A DNA stretch of 64,000 bases, taken from NCBI GenBank assembly GCA_025054575.1, contig JANWZN010000001.1, positions 1,415 through 65,414 on the forward strand. The letters are read 5' to 3'. Below, piece after piece: positions 10,753-21,013 of this stretch; positions within the stretch are counted from its first letter, which is position 1, and each line of letters starts with the position of its first letter. Origin of the DNA: Geminicoccaceae bacterium (GTDB lineage: Bacteria; Pseudomonadota; Alphaproteobacteria; Geminicoccales; Geminicoccaceae). The notes beneath the pieces are model-generated. The model made no database searches and was not told the DNA's origin. It saw only the letters and a program-made list of their open reading frames with translations. Both the position numbers and the translations under genes were made by a program.

Positions 10753-12079
10753 GGTCGCGATCGAGGTCGAAGCGCCGAAGCTCGCGCGGCTGCTCGATGC
10801 CACCTATCGTCCGACCGCCGAGCAAGCGGCAGCGCTCGTACGCCGGCGCTACGCTCGCGAACGCGCGCTCAAGCTGGCCGGCCTGACCGGGCTCGCCATC
10901 GGCGTGTTGGCACTGGGCCTCTTGCTGGCGAGCATCGTGCCCGGTGTCAAAGCCTTCGTGCGTCACGCCATCGTGCTCGACATCGAGTTCGACGCGGCGG
11001 TGATCGATGCGAGCGGCACCCGCGATCCGCGCGAGATGGCCAAAGCGGACTATCAAGAGCTGATCTATCGCGCGCTCTATCGGCTGTTTCCCGAGGCCAC
11101 CGGGCGAGAGGCGCGGCGCGAGCTGCGCTCGCTCGTGAGTGTCGGCGCAGGCGACAGGCTTCGCGACATGGTGCTGGCGGACCCGAGCATCGTCGGCAGC
11201 ACGCAGCGCGTCGCGGTGATCGCCGCCTCCAACATCGATCAGGTCTTGAAAGGCAGCATCGATCGGACGGTTCCGGAAGAAAGCCGAGTGGTCAAAGACC
11301 GGACTCTGGCGGTGATCGATCGGCTCGCGGAACAGGGCCGGATCACCCGCGAGTGGAACAAGTCGTTTTTCCTGACGGGCGATTCGAGGCACCCCGAGCT
11401 CGCGGGCCTCTACGGCGCGTTGATCGGATCCGCGTACCTGATGCTGGTGACGTTTCTGTTCTCCGTTCCGATGGGGATCGCCGCTGCGGTCTATCTCGAG
11501 GAGTTCGCGCCCAAGAATCGCGTGACCGATCTGATCGAAATCAACATCAACAATCTGGCGGCCGTGCCGTCGATCGTGTTCGGACTGCTGGGGCTCGCGA
11601 TCTTCCTCAACACGTTCGGCCTGCCGCGCTCCTCGCCGATCGCCGGCGGCTTGACGCTCGGTCTGATGACCCTGCCCACCGTGGTCGTGGCGACCCGGGC
11701 GGCGTTGCGCTCGATCCCGCCCTCGATCCGCGAGGCGGCGCTCGGCATCGGTGCGTCGCGGGTTCAGGCGGTCTTGCATCACGTTCTGCCGCTCGCCATG
11801 CCCGGGATCCTCACCGGCACGATCATCGGGATGGCGCAGGCGCTGGGCGAGACGGCGCCGCTGCTGATGATCGGGATGAACGCCTTCATCGTCGACGTGC
11901 CGCGCTCGCCCTGGGACGCCGCGGCGGCGCTGCCGGTGCAGATCTACATCTGGGCGGACAGTCCCGAGCGGCAGTTCGCCGAGCTCACGGCTGGCGCGAT
12001 CATCGTTCTTCTCGGCTTCCTCATCGTCATGAACGGGCTCGCGATCTATCTTCGGCGGAGGCTCGAGCGCACATGGTGA
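10745..12079 (+). CDS. pstA: phosphate ABC transporter permease PstA (long form)
   Basis: 444 aa. Overlaps the pstC end by 8 nt. Contains [11 protein letters not shown] and [11 protein letters not shown] motifs. Confidence 0.9.
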   Translation: MNEVAIEVEAPKLARLLDATYRPTAEQAAALVRRRYARERALKLAGLTGLAIGVLALGLLLASIVPGVKAFVRHAIVLDIEFDAAVIDASGTRDPREMAKADYQELIYRALYRLFPEATGREARRELRSLVSVGAGDRLRDMVLADPSIVGSTQRVAVIAASNIDQVLKGSIDRTVPEESRVVKDRTLAVIDRLAEQGRITREWNKSFFLTGDSRHPELAGLYGALIGSAYLMLVTFLFSVPMGIAAAVYLEEFAPKNRVTDLIEININNLAAVPSIVFGLLGLAIFLNTFGLPRSSPIAGGLTLGLMTLPTVVVATRAALRSIPPSIREAALGIGASRVQAVLHHVLPLAMPGILTGTIIGMAQALGETAPLLMIGMNAFIVDVPRSPWDAAAALPVQIYIWADSPERQFAELTAGAIIVLLGFLIVMNGLAIYLRRRLERTW

Positions 12080-12885
12080 CGACGACCGTCCCGACCGCGA
12101 CGGCTACGGTGAGCTCCTCCGCGCCAGTCTCGGTCAAAATGTCTGCGCGAAACGTCAACCTCTGGTACGGCACCAAACAGGCACTGTTCGACGTCAACAT
12201 GGACGTCATGAAACACAGGGTCACCGCACTGATCGGTCCGTCCGGCTGCGGGAAGACGACGTTTCTGCGCTGCCTCAATCGCATGAACGACACGATCGGC
12301 TCGTGTCGCGTGGAGGGTGACATTCGCCTCGATGGCTTGAACATTTACGATCCGAGCATCGACGTGGTTCAGGTTCGCGCCCGCGTCGGCATGGTCTTCC
12401 AGAAGCCCAACCCCTTTCCCAAGTCGATCTACGAGAACGTCGCCTACGGGCCGAGGATCCACGGCCTCGCGCGCAGCAAGGCCGACCTCGACGACATCGT
12501 CGAAGCCAGTCTCCGGGGCGCGGGGCTGTGGGAGGAAGTGGCCGACCGGCTCGATCAACCGGGTACGAGCCTCTCCGGCGGGCAGCAGCAACGCTTGTGC
12601 ATCGCGCGGGCGATCGCCGTGAGCCCCGAGGTCATCTTGATGGACGAGCCGTGCTCGGCGCTCGATCCGATCGCGACCGCGCATATCGAAGAGTTGATCG
12701 ACGAGCTGCGAAAGACCTTCACGATCGTGATCGTGACACACAACATGCAACAGGCGGCGCGCGTATCACAATACACGGCGTTCTTTCATCTCGGCAAGTT
12801 GATCGAGTTCGGTCCGACGGAAGAGATCTTCACGCGGCCTCTCGAGCAGATGACGCAGGATTACATTACCGGCCGTTTCGGCTGA
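12073..12885 (+). CDS. pstB: phosphate ABC transporter ATP-binding protein PstB
   Basis: ATG 12073 overlaps the pstA stop. Walker [10 protein letters not shown], signature LSGGQQQRL, Walker [12 protein letters not shown]. Confidence 0.9.
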   Translation: MVTTTVPTATATVSSSAPVSVKMSARNVNLWYGTKQALFDVNMDVMKHRVTALIGPSGCGKTTFLRCLNRMNDTIGSCRVEGDIRLDGLNIYDPSIDVVQVRARVGMVFQKPNPFPKSIYENVAYGPRIHGLARSKADLDDIVEASLRGAGLWEEVADRLDQPGTSLSGGQQQRLCIARAIAVSPEVILMDEPCSALDPIATAHIEELIDELRKTFTIVIVTHNMQQAARVSQYTAFFHLGKLIEFGPTEEIFTRPLEQMTQDYITGRFG

Positions 12886-12895
12886 AGGAGGGTCC

Positions 12896-13597
12896 ATGCC
12901 GGAACAGGGCGACGCGCGCGACCACCAGCACATCGTGCGATCGTTCGACGAGGAGCTGAAGGCCCTCTCGGGCGCCATCGTCGAGATGGGCGGTCTGGCC
13001 GAACGGCAGGTCGCCGATGCGCTCAAGGGCCTGGTGGAAGAGGACATCGAGCTCGCCGCCCGCGTGATCGAGCGCGATGCGCGGATCGACGAGCTCGAGG
13101 AGCGGATCGACCAAGACGTCATCCGGCTCCTGGCCCTGCGCCAGCCGCTCGCGATCGACCTGCGGATGATCGCGATGGCGCTCAAGATCAGCAACGATCT
13201 GGAGCGGATGGCAGATTACGCGGTCAGCATCGCCAAGCGTTCCCAGCGGCTGTCGGAACAGGCCGATCGCAAGCCGATGCAGTCGCTGCCCCGGATCGGG
13301 CAGTCCTGTCTCGCGATGGTGAAAGACGTCCTCGATGCCTATGTCGAGCGCGACGCGGAGAAGGCTTCCGCTGTGTGGCATCGTGATCGAGAGGTCGACG
13401 AACAGTATACTAGCTTGTTTCGCGAGCTCGTCACCTATATGCTCGAAGATCCTCGGACGATAAGCACCTGTATCGATCTTCTTTTCGTGGCGAAGAACCT
13501 GGAGCGGATCGCCGATCACGCCACGAACATCGCGGAGAAAATCGTCTACATCATCCACGGAACGCACATCAACCGGCCCAGGCACGAGGTGGAGTGA
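12896..13597 (+). CDS. phoU: phosphate signalling complex protein PhoU
   Basis: 233 aa. Duplicated PhoU repeat with DLERMADYA and NLERIADHATNIAE. Confidence 0.9.
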   Translation: MPEQGDARDHQHIVRSFDEELKALSGAIVEMGGLAERQVADALKGLVEEDIELAARVIERDARIDELEERIDQDVIRLLALRQPLAIDLRMIAMALKISNDLERMADYAVSIAKRSQRLSEQADRKPMQSLPRIGQSCLAMVKDVLDAYVERDAEKASAVWHRDREVDEQYTSLFRELVTYMLEDPRTISTCIDLLFVAKNLERIADHATNIAEKIVYIIHGTHINRPRHEVE

Positions 13598-13602
13598 CAG
13601 CC

Positions 13603-14310
13603 GTGAAGCCGCTCATCCTGATCGTCGAGGACGAGGCGGCCCTTCAGAAACTGCTCGCCTACAATCTCGAAGCAGCGGGCTTCGAGGTCGCCCAGGCCTT
13701 CGACGGCGAAGAGGCGCTCACGCTTCTGGCCGAGCGCATGCCCGATCTCGTCGTGATCGACTGGATGATCCCGCAGCTGTCCGGGATCGAGCTGTTGCGC
13801 CGCATCCGCCGACGGCCGGAACTGGCACACCTGCCGGTGGTCATGCTGACGGCGCGCTCGGAGGAGCCCGACCGGTTGCGCGGGCTCGAGACCGGGGCGG
13901 ACGACTACGTCACGAAGCCCTTTTCACCAGCCGAGCTGATCGCGCGGATCCGCGCCGTGCTGCGTCGGGTGCGGCCCGCTTTCGCCGACCAGATCCTGCA
14001 ATTCCAGGACCTTCGGATGGACCTGGCGGCGCATCGGGTGTTTCGCGGCATGCGCGAGGTCCATCTCTCGCCCACCGAGTTTCGTCTCCTGCGCCATTTC
14101 CTCGAGAACCCGGGTCGCGTGTTCAGCCGCGCGCAGCTCCTCGATCGCGTTTGGGGAGGCGAGCTCGACATCGAGCTTCGCACCGTCGATGCGACGATCC
14201 GGCGCCTGCGCCGGGCGCTCAACAGCGGCGGCGAGCAAGATCTGCTGCGCACGGTCCGCGCCGAAGGCTACGCGCTCGACCTCAAATTCGCTTCCTCGCC
14301 CTCGGGCTGA
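13603..14310 (+). CDS. phoB: phosphate regulon response regulator PhoB
   Basis: OmpR-family receiver (LILIVEDE, DLVVIDWMIP, KPF) plus a winged-helix domain. GTG 13603 has GGAG 8 nt upstream; the alternative start GTG 13594 overlaps the phoU stop. Confidence 0.9.
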   Translation: MKPLILIVEDEAALQKLLAYNLEAAGFEVAQAFDGEEALTLLAERMPDLVVIDWMIPQLSGIELLRRIRRRPELAHLPVVMLTARSEEPDRLRGLETGADDYVTKPFSPAELIARIRAVLRRVRPAFADQILQFQDLRMDLAAHRVFRGMREVHLSPTEFRLLRHFLENPGRVFSRAQLLDRVWGGELDIELRTVDATIRRLRRALNSGGEQDLLRTVRAEGYALDLKFASSPSG

Positions 14311-16020
14311 TCAGCGAAAGGTCGGTAGCACGACCGCACCGTTGACGAAGGCCTCGAAGAGCGCCTTGAGCTGGGAGGCTGCTCGGAGCGCCGCTTCGCT
14401 CGTCGCGATCAAGCGGCTCGCCAAGCGCCAGAACGCGCGCTCTTCGGGTACGGGTCGCAAGCGCAGCGGCGTGTCGGCCGGCAACGCCAGGACCGCGCGG
14501 ATCTCGTCGAGAGCCTCCTCGAGGCCGCCCTCCCGATCGACGAGACCGAGCTCTCGCGCCTGTGCTCCGGTCCATACTCGGCCGCGCGCGATGTCCTCGA
14601 CCTGCTCGAGGGACAGGCTCCGAGCTCGCGCCACGCCACTCTTGAACGTGCCGTAGAGGCTGTCGAGGAGACGCTCGACGCGAGCCTGCCCGGCCGCGTC
14701 GAAGGGCACGTTGATCGACCAGAGGGCGGCGTGCTCGCCACGCTCGATCCGGGCCCAGTTGACACCGAGGCGCTCCCAAGCCCTAGCGAGCACGGGTTTT
14801 CCGGCCAACACGCCGATGGAGCCGGTAAGCGTGGTCGGCTGGGCGACGATGCGCGCCGCATCGGCGGCGATCCAGTAGCCGCCCGAAGCGGCGCGGTTAC
14901 CCATCGAGACGACGACCGGCTTGCCGGCCGCGGCGGCGCGTCGGACTTCGCGCGCAACCGTCTCGCTCGCCACGGCGGATCCGCCGGGCGAGTCGAGGCG
15001 GAGCAGGATCGCGCGGACATCGCTCGCCTCGATCGCGTCGGCGATGGCTTCGGCCAAGCTGTCCCCGGCGATGGTCCCTGTCAGCTCCCCGGAACCCCGG
15101 ACGATCGGTCCGGCAGCCCGCACGAGGGCGACGACCGTCTCGGCATTCTCCTCAGCGGTCGCCCGCTCGTACCGCTCGAGGTCGACGAGCTCGGCGCCGT
15201 CGCCGGCGCGATCCCGGGCGTCTCGCTCGATCTCGTCGCGGTAGGCGAGGCGATCGACGAGGCCGAGCGCGCGTGCCTCCTCCGCATCGTAGGGGCCGCC
15301 GCCCACGAGGCCGCTGGCGCGAGAGGGGTCGAGGCGACGACCCGCGGCGATCTCGGCCACGAGCGTGCCGTGCAGGCTGTCGGCGAGCGACTCCAGCATC
15401 TCCTTGTTGGCCGGCGTCGGGTACGGTTCGGTGAAGCTCTCGAGCGCCGTCTTGTAGTCGGCACGCCGGCTGACCGCCGCATCGATGCCGAGGCGATCGA
15501 GCAGCGGCCGGATGAAGGGAGCTTCGATCAGCAGGCCCGTCAGCCCGACCGCCCCGACCGGCTGCAGCACCACCTCGTCGAACGCCGAGGCGATGTAATA
15601 GCCTTCGATCCCCGAGCCGAGCTCGGCGAAGCTGTCGGACCAAGCCAAGGCGAAGCGACCCGAGGCGCGGAACCGCTCGACGGCTTGGCGAAGCTCGCGC
15701 GCGACCGCGAGACCGTGCGCGCTGTCGCCGACCAGGCCCACGAGGCCGCGGACCCTGGGGTCGCGGCGCGCTCGATCGAGCGCCAGCACGACCTCGCTCA
15801 GCGTCGGCGGCGATCCGAGCCCGGCGGGTCCGAGGCGGGGCGGGCCCTCGACCTCGCCGATGGTTTCGCGGAGGTCGACCCGGAGCACGATCTTTTCCGG
15901 AAGCGAGCTCGGCCCCAGGAGGCGGGACGCGGCCCACCAGCCGAGACCGCCGGCGGCCAGCAGCGCCAGGATCGTCAGCGCTCCGATCGTCGCCAGAAAG
16001 CCAACCAGAAACCGTCGCAT
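14311..16020 (-). CDS. sppA: signal peptide peptidase SppA, 67K type
   Basis: 569 aa. N-terminal TM segment and two tandem S49 (ClpP-fold) halves with AASGGYW in the second half. Confidence 0.85.
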   Translation of the reverse strand: MRRFLVGFLATIGALTILALLAAGGLGWWAASRLLGPSSLPEKIVLRVDLRETIGEVEGPPRLGPAGLGSPPTLSEVVLALDRARRDPRVRGLVGLVGDSAHGLAVARELRQAVERFRASGRFALAWSDSFAELGSGIEGYYIASAFDEVVLQPVGAVGLTGLLIEAPFIRPLLDRLGIDAAVSRRADYKTALESFTEPYPTPANKEMLESLADSLHGTLVAEIAAGRRLDPSRASGLVGGGPYDAEEARALGLVDRLAYRDEIERDARDRAGDGAELVDLERYERATAEENAETVVALVRAAGPIVRGSGELTGTIAGDSLAEAIADAIEASDVRAILLRLDSPGGSAVASETVAREVRRAAAAGKPVVVSMGNRAASGGYWIAADAARIVAQPTTLTGSIGVLAGKPVLARAWERLGVNWARIERGEHAALWSINVPFDAAGQARVERLLDSLYGTFKSGVARARSLSLEQVEDIARGRVWTGAQARELGLVDREGGLEEALDEIRAVLALPADTPLRLRPVPEERAFWRLASRLIATSEAALRAASQLKALFEAFVNGAVVLPTFR

Positions 16021-16310
16021 CCTACCTCGCTGCTGGACGGTCGAGCCGGCCGCGCGGGGATCGCGCAGCGCGGCACGCTCGATTGCCCAGACCCGTCGGC
16101 TCCACTCGGGTGGTCCGGCGCTCCACTAGCGGATCGCGGAGCCCGCTCGTTCCTGCACGTCCGCGGCGACGCGAAGCGCGCACGGAGGCGATCGAGGCTC
16201 GACCGGGCTCGTGACACGGTCCTCACGACCCGGTCCGAGCCGGCTCCTGCCGGCGACTCGGCTGGAGTGGCCCCGACCCCGGCTCGTAGGATCGGATCCC
16301 GGCTCCGGGT

Positions 16311-17432
16311 TCACGACGCCGCGGCGCGCTCGAGCCGTTGCGGCCGAGGACGGCTGCTCGCGGTCTTCAATTGACCGCAGGCGGCCAGGATGTCTCGCCC
16401 GCGTGGCGTACGTACCGGGCTCGGATAGCCTGCCGCCTCGACGATCGCGGCGAAGGCTCGGATACGACCGGCCGGAGAGCAGGCGTAGGGCGCCCCGGGC
16501 CAGGGGTTGAAGGGGATCAGGTTGACCTTGGCGGGGATGCCGCGCAGCAGGCGCACGAGCTCGCGGGCGTCCGCGTCGCTGTCGTTGATCCCGCGGAGCA
16601 TCACATACTCGAAGGTGATGGGGCGCCGCACCGGATAACGCCGGCAGGCGTCGAGAAGGGCCGCGATCGGCCATTTTCGATTGATCGGGACGAGTTCGTC
16701 GCGCAGCTCGTCGCGCACCGCATGCAGCGAGACGGCGAGACCCGTACCGACCTCGCGCCCCCATGCTTCGATCTTCGGAACGACACCCGAGGTCGAGAGC
16801 GTGACGCGGCGACGCGAGAAGCCGAGGCCGTCGCCGTCGAGGGCGAGAAGGATGGCCGCCTTGACCTGGTCGTAATTGAAGAGCGGCTCGCCCATGCCCA
16901 TGACGACGAGGTTCGTGAGGAGCCGTCCCTCGCGAGCAGACGGCCACTCGCCGAGCGCGTCGCGCGCCACCAGGATCTGAGCGACGATTTCGCCGGGGCC
17001 CAGATTGCGGACGAGGGGCATCGTGCCCGTGTGGCAGAACCGGCAAGACAGCGTGCAGCCGACCTGCGTCGAAACGCAAAGGGCGCCCCGATCCTCCTCG
17101 GGAATGAAGACGGTCTCGACCTCCTGGCCGTCGGTGAAGCGCAACAACCACTTGCGGGTCCCATCCTCGGAGCGCTGTTCGGCCACGATCCGCGGCCGCT
17201 CCAGGTTCGCCCGTTCTTCGAGGAGAACGCGAAGCGACTTGGGCAGGGTCGTCATCACGTCCGGGCGGGTGGCCCCGCGCACGTAGAGCCAGTGGAAGAG
17301 TTGGCGGGCGCGCAAACGGCTGCTCGCCTCCTGCTCTCCCTGTGCCACCAGCCAAGCCGCCAGGGCCGTCCGGTCTAGGCCGATCAACGAGCGCCGTTCG
17401 GCGACGACGGGAGGCTCAACGACCACTGCCAT
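16311..17432 (-). CDS. rlmN: 23S rRNA/tRNA (adenine-C2)-methyltransferase RlmN (radical SAM)
   Basis: 373 aa. Radical-SAM cluster motif [12 protein letters not shown], plus GMGEPL and a C-terminal AACGQL. Confidence 0.9.
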   Translation of the reverse strand: MAVVVEPPVVAERRSLIGLDRTALAAWLVAQGEQEASSRLRARQLFHWLYVRGATRPDVMTTLPKSLRVLLEERANLERPRIVAEQRSEDGTRKWLLRFTDGQEVETVFIPEEDRGALCVSTQVGCTLSCRFCHTGTMPLVRNLGPGEIVAQILVARDALGEWPSAREGRLLTNLVVMGMGEPLFNYDQVKAAILLALDGDGLGFSRRRVTLSTSGVVPKIEAWGREVGTGLAVSLHAVRDELRDELVPINRKWPIAALLDACRRYPVRRPITFEYVMLRGINDSDADARELVRLLRGIPAKVNLIPFNPWPGAPYACSPAGRIRAFAAIVEAAGYPSPVRTPRGRDILAACGQLKTASSRPRPQRLERAAAS

Positions 17433-17961
17433 TCCGGCAGGCCTCCGCCATGGCGTTGTGCGCAGCGCTGAATCCGGCCAGGGAATAGCTGTCGAGCGAC
17501 CAGGTGTCGCGAACCGAGGTGCCGCGCACGGTCATCAGGTTGCCGCGCCGCATCGACGCGATCAGCCGGGCGTCTTCTTCCGAGCTGGCGGTCCAAGCGC
17601 GATCGCCCTCGGTGAAGAGCTCGAAGCGCGTTCCGTCGACCACGACCTCGACGGTGCTGCCCTTGCGGTAGGTGTAGCCCGGGTCGATCGACACCTCCTG
17701 TCGCGGCCGGGCGCCGCCGAAGCGGGTGACGAACGCACGTGGCTGGTCGCGGCGGCTGAAATTACCCTCTTGGCGAACCGGCAGCGAGGTGATGAAGCAG
17801 ATCTGGCCGGATGCGTCCTCGTGCACGTAGAGGCTCCAGTCGCGAAAGCGCTCGACGAAGCCGGCCGCTGCGGGCGGGACGATCGAGCCCGTGCCGGCCG
17901 CAACGAGGACCAGCAGCGCGCCCAGCCGTCCGCGGCGCCGGCTACGGTCGCGTCCGATCAC
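17416..17961 (-). CDS. invasion-associated locus B (IalB) family protein
   Basis: C-terminal 181 codons of track ORF 17416..18789, starting at GTG 17961. It has a signal-like N-terminus ([12 protein letters not shown]) and resembles the IalB family. It overlaps the rlmN start by 17 nt and the upstream stop by 4 nt. Confidence 0.7.
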   Translation of the reverse strand: MIGRDRSRRRGRLGALLVLVAAGTGSIVPPAAAGFVERFRDWSLYVHEDASGQICFITSLPVRQEGNFSRRDQPRAFVTRFGGARPRQEVSIDPGYTYRKGSTVEVVVDGTRFELFTEGDRAWTASSEEDARLIASMRRGNLMTVRGTSVRDTWSLDSYSLAGFSAAHNAMAEACRNGSGR

Positions 17962-18548
17962 CGGATCACCTCGTCCGGCGAGGCACGATCGAGGCACGGC
18001 CGGCTCGGCTCCGGCATCCGGCGGAAGACGGGTTGCCCGTGCACGTGTTCGGGTCGCTGCTCGGTCGGTCCGCCCGGCCGCACCGGGCGAGGATCGAAGC
18101 GACCGTGGCACAGCATGCGGTCGTAGAGCACGATGGCGGCGGCCACCCCGAGGTTGACGCAGAAGCGCGTCGGAATCCGAACGACCCAGTCGCAACGTGC
18201 AAGGGTCTCCGGCGAGAGCCGCCCGCGCTCGGGCCCGAACACGTAAGCCGCTTGCAGCGGATGCCGGAAGCTCGGGAGCGGGATCGCTTCCTCGACGAGC
18301 TCGACCCCGACCAGGCGACAGCGACGCGGCAGCACGAGCGCCGCTGCGGAGGGAAACTCCATCACCGGAAGGTTCGCCTCCGCGCGCGACGTGTCCGAAA
18401 TCGCCTCCCGCAGCCGCCAATAGGCGTCGATCAAGAACAGGAAGGCGGCACCGAAGGCATGCGCCGTGCGCATCAACGTGCCGAGATTGACCGGCTTGCT
18501 GATGCCCTCGGCGCCGACGCCGAAATAGCCGCGCAGATGCTCGCTCAT
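17958..18548 (-). CDS. TrmH/SpoU-family RNA 2'-O-methyltransferase
   Basis: Contains YFGVGAEGISKPVNLGTLMRTAHAFGA and the SPOUT knot region FGPERGRLS...IPT..CVNLGVAAAIVLYD. ATG 18548 is chosen by family-typical N-terminus; the in-frame ATG 18641 (GGAG 3 nt upstream) is an alternative. Confidence 0.8.
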   Translation of the reverse strand: MSEHLRGYFGVGAEGISKPVNLGTLMRTAHAFGAAFLFLIDAYWRLREAISDTSRAEANLPVMEFPSAAALVLPRRCRLVGVELVEEAIPLPSFRHPLQAAYVFGPERGRLSPETLARCDWVVRIPTRFCVNLGVAAAIVLYDRMLCHGRFDPRPVRPGGPTEQRPEHVHGQPVFRRMPEPSRPCLDRASPDEVIR

Positions 18549-19651
18549 GGGCCGTAGGTAGGGGACGTCGACGGCGGCCGCCAGATCCCCGGCCACGGTT
18601 CGTTTCTCCCCCAGGACGCCGGGCACTCGCGAGCCTCGCATGCGCTCCGGGAGCCGAGCGAACGCGCACGGTAACCGGCCGGGGCTCGGAGGTCGCGAAA
18701 GGCTCGGGGTGGCCGGCGGCCGAACCGGCGCCGGGACCGGGCCGAGTGCGGACGGCGGTCCAAGTTGCCGGGATCGACATGCCCGACATGCGCTCGATGG
18801 GCGGCCGTTGTCAGGCCGAGCCCGTTGCTGCCGTTCGTTCCCGGGCCGGCGATCGCGCCCCGCGTCGCGGCGGTCGGTCCGGGCGCCCCGGGGCCCCGCG
18901 CCGAGCACGTGCTGGCGCGGGCATCGCGATCACGCCGGCTGCGGCGAAGAAATCGTCGGGTGCCTCGACCCGGCCCGCGGCCATCGGCAGACATCGACGA
19001 TGGCACGTCTGCGGCGAGGTCGATCGCGAACGGGACCGTGACCGCCGCCTCGCAGAGCGAGGCCGGGTGCGTGCGCGCGAGACCCTGGTCGACCGGCAGG
19101 CTGCGGAGGCCGCGAGCTCAGCGGCCGTTCAGCGGGGCAGGGCCATGGGCGCGCGGATCGGCGCGACGCAGGGCGGGGCCGGTCGTCCCGCTTTCGTCGA
19201 GCAGCACGATCGCGAGCTCGCCTTCGAGCAGCGATCCGCCGGGACGGCAGCGGGTTTTCGAGAAGGCCGTCCGCGGTCGGGCGCCGATGTCTCGTCGGAC
19301 CCCCGGGAGACGCCTGCTCAAGAAAGATCGGCGTGCCCTCGCGCGAGAAGGGGCTCGCGAAGATCGGCCGAGCCTCCGCCGATACTCGGGTAGCTGACAG
19401 TCGACGTTTCATCGATCGAGCAGCCCGAGTTGCCCGTCTAGAGGTCGGAAGCGATCGATGGCGCGACTAGGTGGAGCCGCGAGCCGGCTTCGAGCAGCGG
19501 TTCGAAGGGCGGCACACCGGCTCGCTGCGCTGGCTCGTCTCCCACCCCTTGTCGTCCGAGGGAGCGAGCTCGTGCTGGCGACCGACGCGGAACCGACGGG
19601 TCGAACGCCGGGACCGGGTGCTCGCTACGCACCGACGGGCCTTCGGCCTGG

Positions 19652-21013
19652 TCACCGCTCCGTCAACGCGCGGTCGCGTGCCTTGATGATCGGCTTCAAG
19701 AGATAATGCAGAACGGACTTGCGCCCGGTCAGCACGTCGACCTGTGCCGTCATGCCGGGGATGATCGTCAGTGGCTTCTCGGCCGTCCCGAGATGGTTTT
19801 GATCGGTGCGGATCCTGACCCGATAGAAGCTCTCGCCGCGCTCGTTGGTGATCGTATCCGCGCTGATGTCCTCCACCACTCCTTTGAGATCGCCATAGAT
19901 CGAATAGTCGTAGGCGGTGATCTTGACCGTTGCCGGGAGGCCCGGGCGAAGGAACGCGATATCGGCCGGCCGGATATGGGCCTCGATCAGGAGCGTGTCC
20001 TCGAGCGGCACGATCTCCATGATGTCTTGCCCCGGCTGAATGACGCCGCCGATCGTGTTGAGCTTGATTTGCTTGATCGTTCCGCGGACCGGCGAGCGAA
20101 CCTCGGTACGTCGGATGCGATCGGCGCCCGCGAGCACGATCTCGCGAATGCCGGCGAGCTCCGCGGCCTTTTGCGTCAGTTCCTCTTGGGCCTGCGAGCG
20201 GAAGGCACTCCAGGCTCGCTCGATCTTCTGATTGGCCTCTCGGACCGCGGCGCGAACCCGAACAATCGATGCGCGACTGGTCTCGACGGCACCGCGCAGA
20301 TCGTTGACCTCGCGCTGGAGCTTGAGGAACACCGATTGCGACATGTCGCCGCGGCGAGCGGCCGGCTCGGCGAGCCGGAGCTCCTCGCGGGCGAGCTCCA
20401 GCGATCGCTCGTATTGCGCGAGCTTGGTCTCGAGCTCTTTCAGTTCCTGTTCACGTTGCTGTGCCTGGCTGCGGAGGATCTGGATTTCGTTTTGCAAATT
20501 CTCTTGGCGCGAGTTGAAGAGCTTGAGCTCCTTCTCGGCGACCTCGCGCGCCTCGGCCATGACCTCGGCAGGAAAGACCAGTTTCGCATCCTCGATCTCG
20601 GCCTGTAGCCGCGCGATCGCCGCCAGCAGCGCCATGTATCGCGCGCGTTTTTCGCGATAGTCGCTTTCCGCACGAACGTTGTCGATACGCAGGAGGATCT
20701 GGCCTTCGTCCACGACTTGGCCCTCGCGGACCAACATTTCGGCGAGAATACCGCCTTCGAGGTTCTGCACGACTTGAAGCTGACGCGACGGGATGACCTT
20801 GCCCTCGCCGCGCGTCACTTCGTCGAGGAGTGCCCAATTGGCCCAGGCAACGAAGGCCACGAAAAACGCAACCACCGCGAACAGAACCGCGTGGCCGAGG
20901 CCGTGGGGCCGCAAGCGATCGGCGGCGCCGGCACCCGTGACGAATTGCGCGAGCTCGCGATCGAGAGCCCGAGCGGCTCGGCCGTGCCGACGTGGCAGAA
21001 CGAGCGCCATCAC
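19652..21013 (-). CDS. type I secretion membrane-fusion protein (HlyD/LssD family)
   Basis: 453 aa. One N-terminal TM segment, a long coiled-coil (AEIEDAKL...LRSQAQQREQELKELETKLAQ), barrel segments and a C-terminal LHYLLKPI. The start overlaps the ABC gene stop (GTG 21013 or ATG 21010). Confidence 0.9.
   Translation of the reverse strand: MMALVLPRRHGRAARALDRELAQFVTGAGAADRLRPHGLGHAVLFAVVAFFVAFVAWANWALLDEVTRGEGKVIPSRQLQVVQNLEGGILAEMLVREGQVVDEGQILLRIDNVRAESDYREKRARYMALLAAIARLQAEIEDAKLVFPAEVMAEAREVAEKELKLFNSRQENLQNEIQILRSQAQQREQELKELETKLAQYERSLELAREELRLAEPAARRGDMSQSVFLKLQREVNDLRGAVETSRASIVRVRAAVREANQKIERAWSAFRSQAQEELTQKAAELAGIREIVLAGADRIRRTEVRSPVRGTIKQIKLNTIGGVIQPGQDIMEIVPLEDTLLIEAHIRPADIAFLRPGLPATVKITAYDYSIYGDLKGVVEDISADTITNERGESFYRVRIRTDQNHLGTAEKPLTIIPGMTAQVDVLTGRKSVLHYLLKPIIKARDRALTER

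Noticed and set aside
12100-13560. Visibly lower-GC stretches in pstB/phoU (also in gpmI 26900-27300, ctpA ~29340-29500 and livM ~37380-37520), as possible horizontally acquired patches
   Set aside because: They lie inside highly conserved housekeeping genes with an intact operon context. They affect mainly third positions of conserved segments or membrane or Ile/Lys/Phe/Asn-rich regions. There are no mobility genes or boundary repeats.
19118-19120. In-frame TGA as a possible selenocysteine codon
   Set aside because: The surrounding frame is poorly protein-like. No Cys-aligned family context or obvious downstream SECIS-type hairpin was recognised. A pseudogene or non-coding explanation is simpler.
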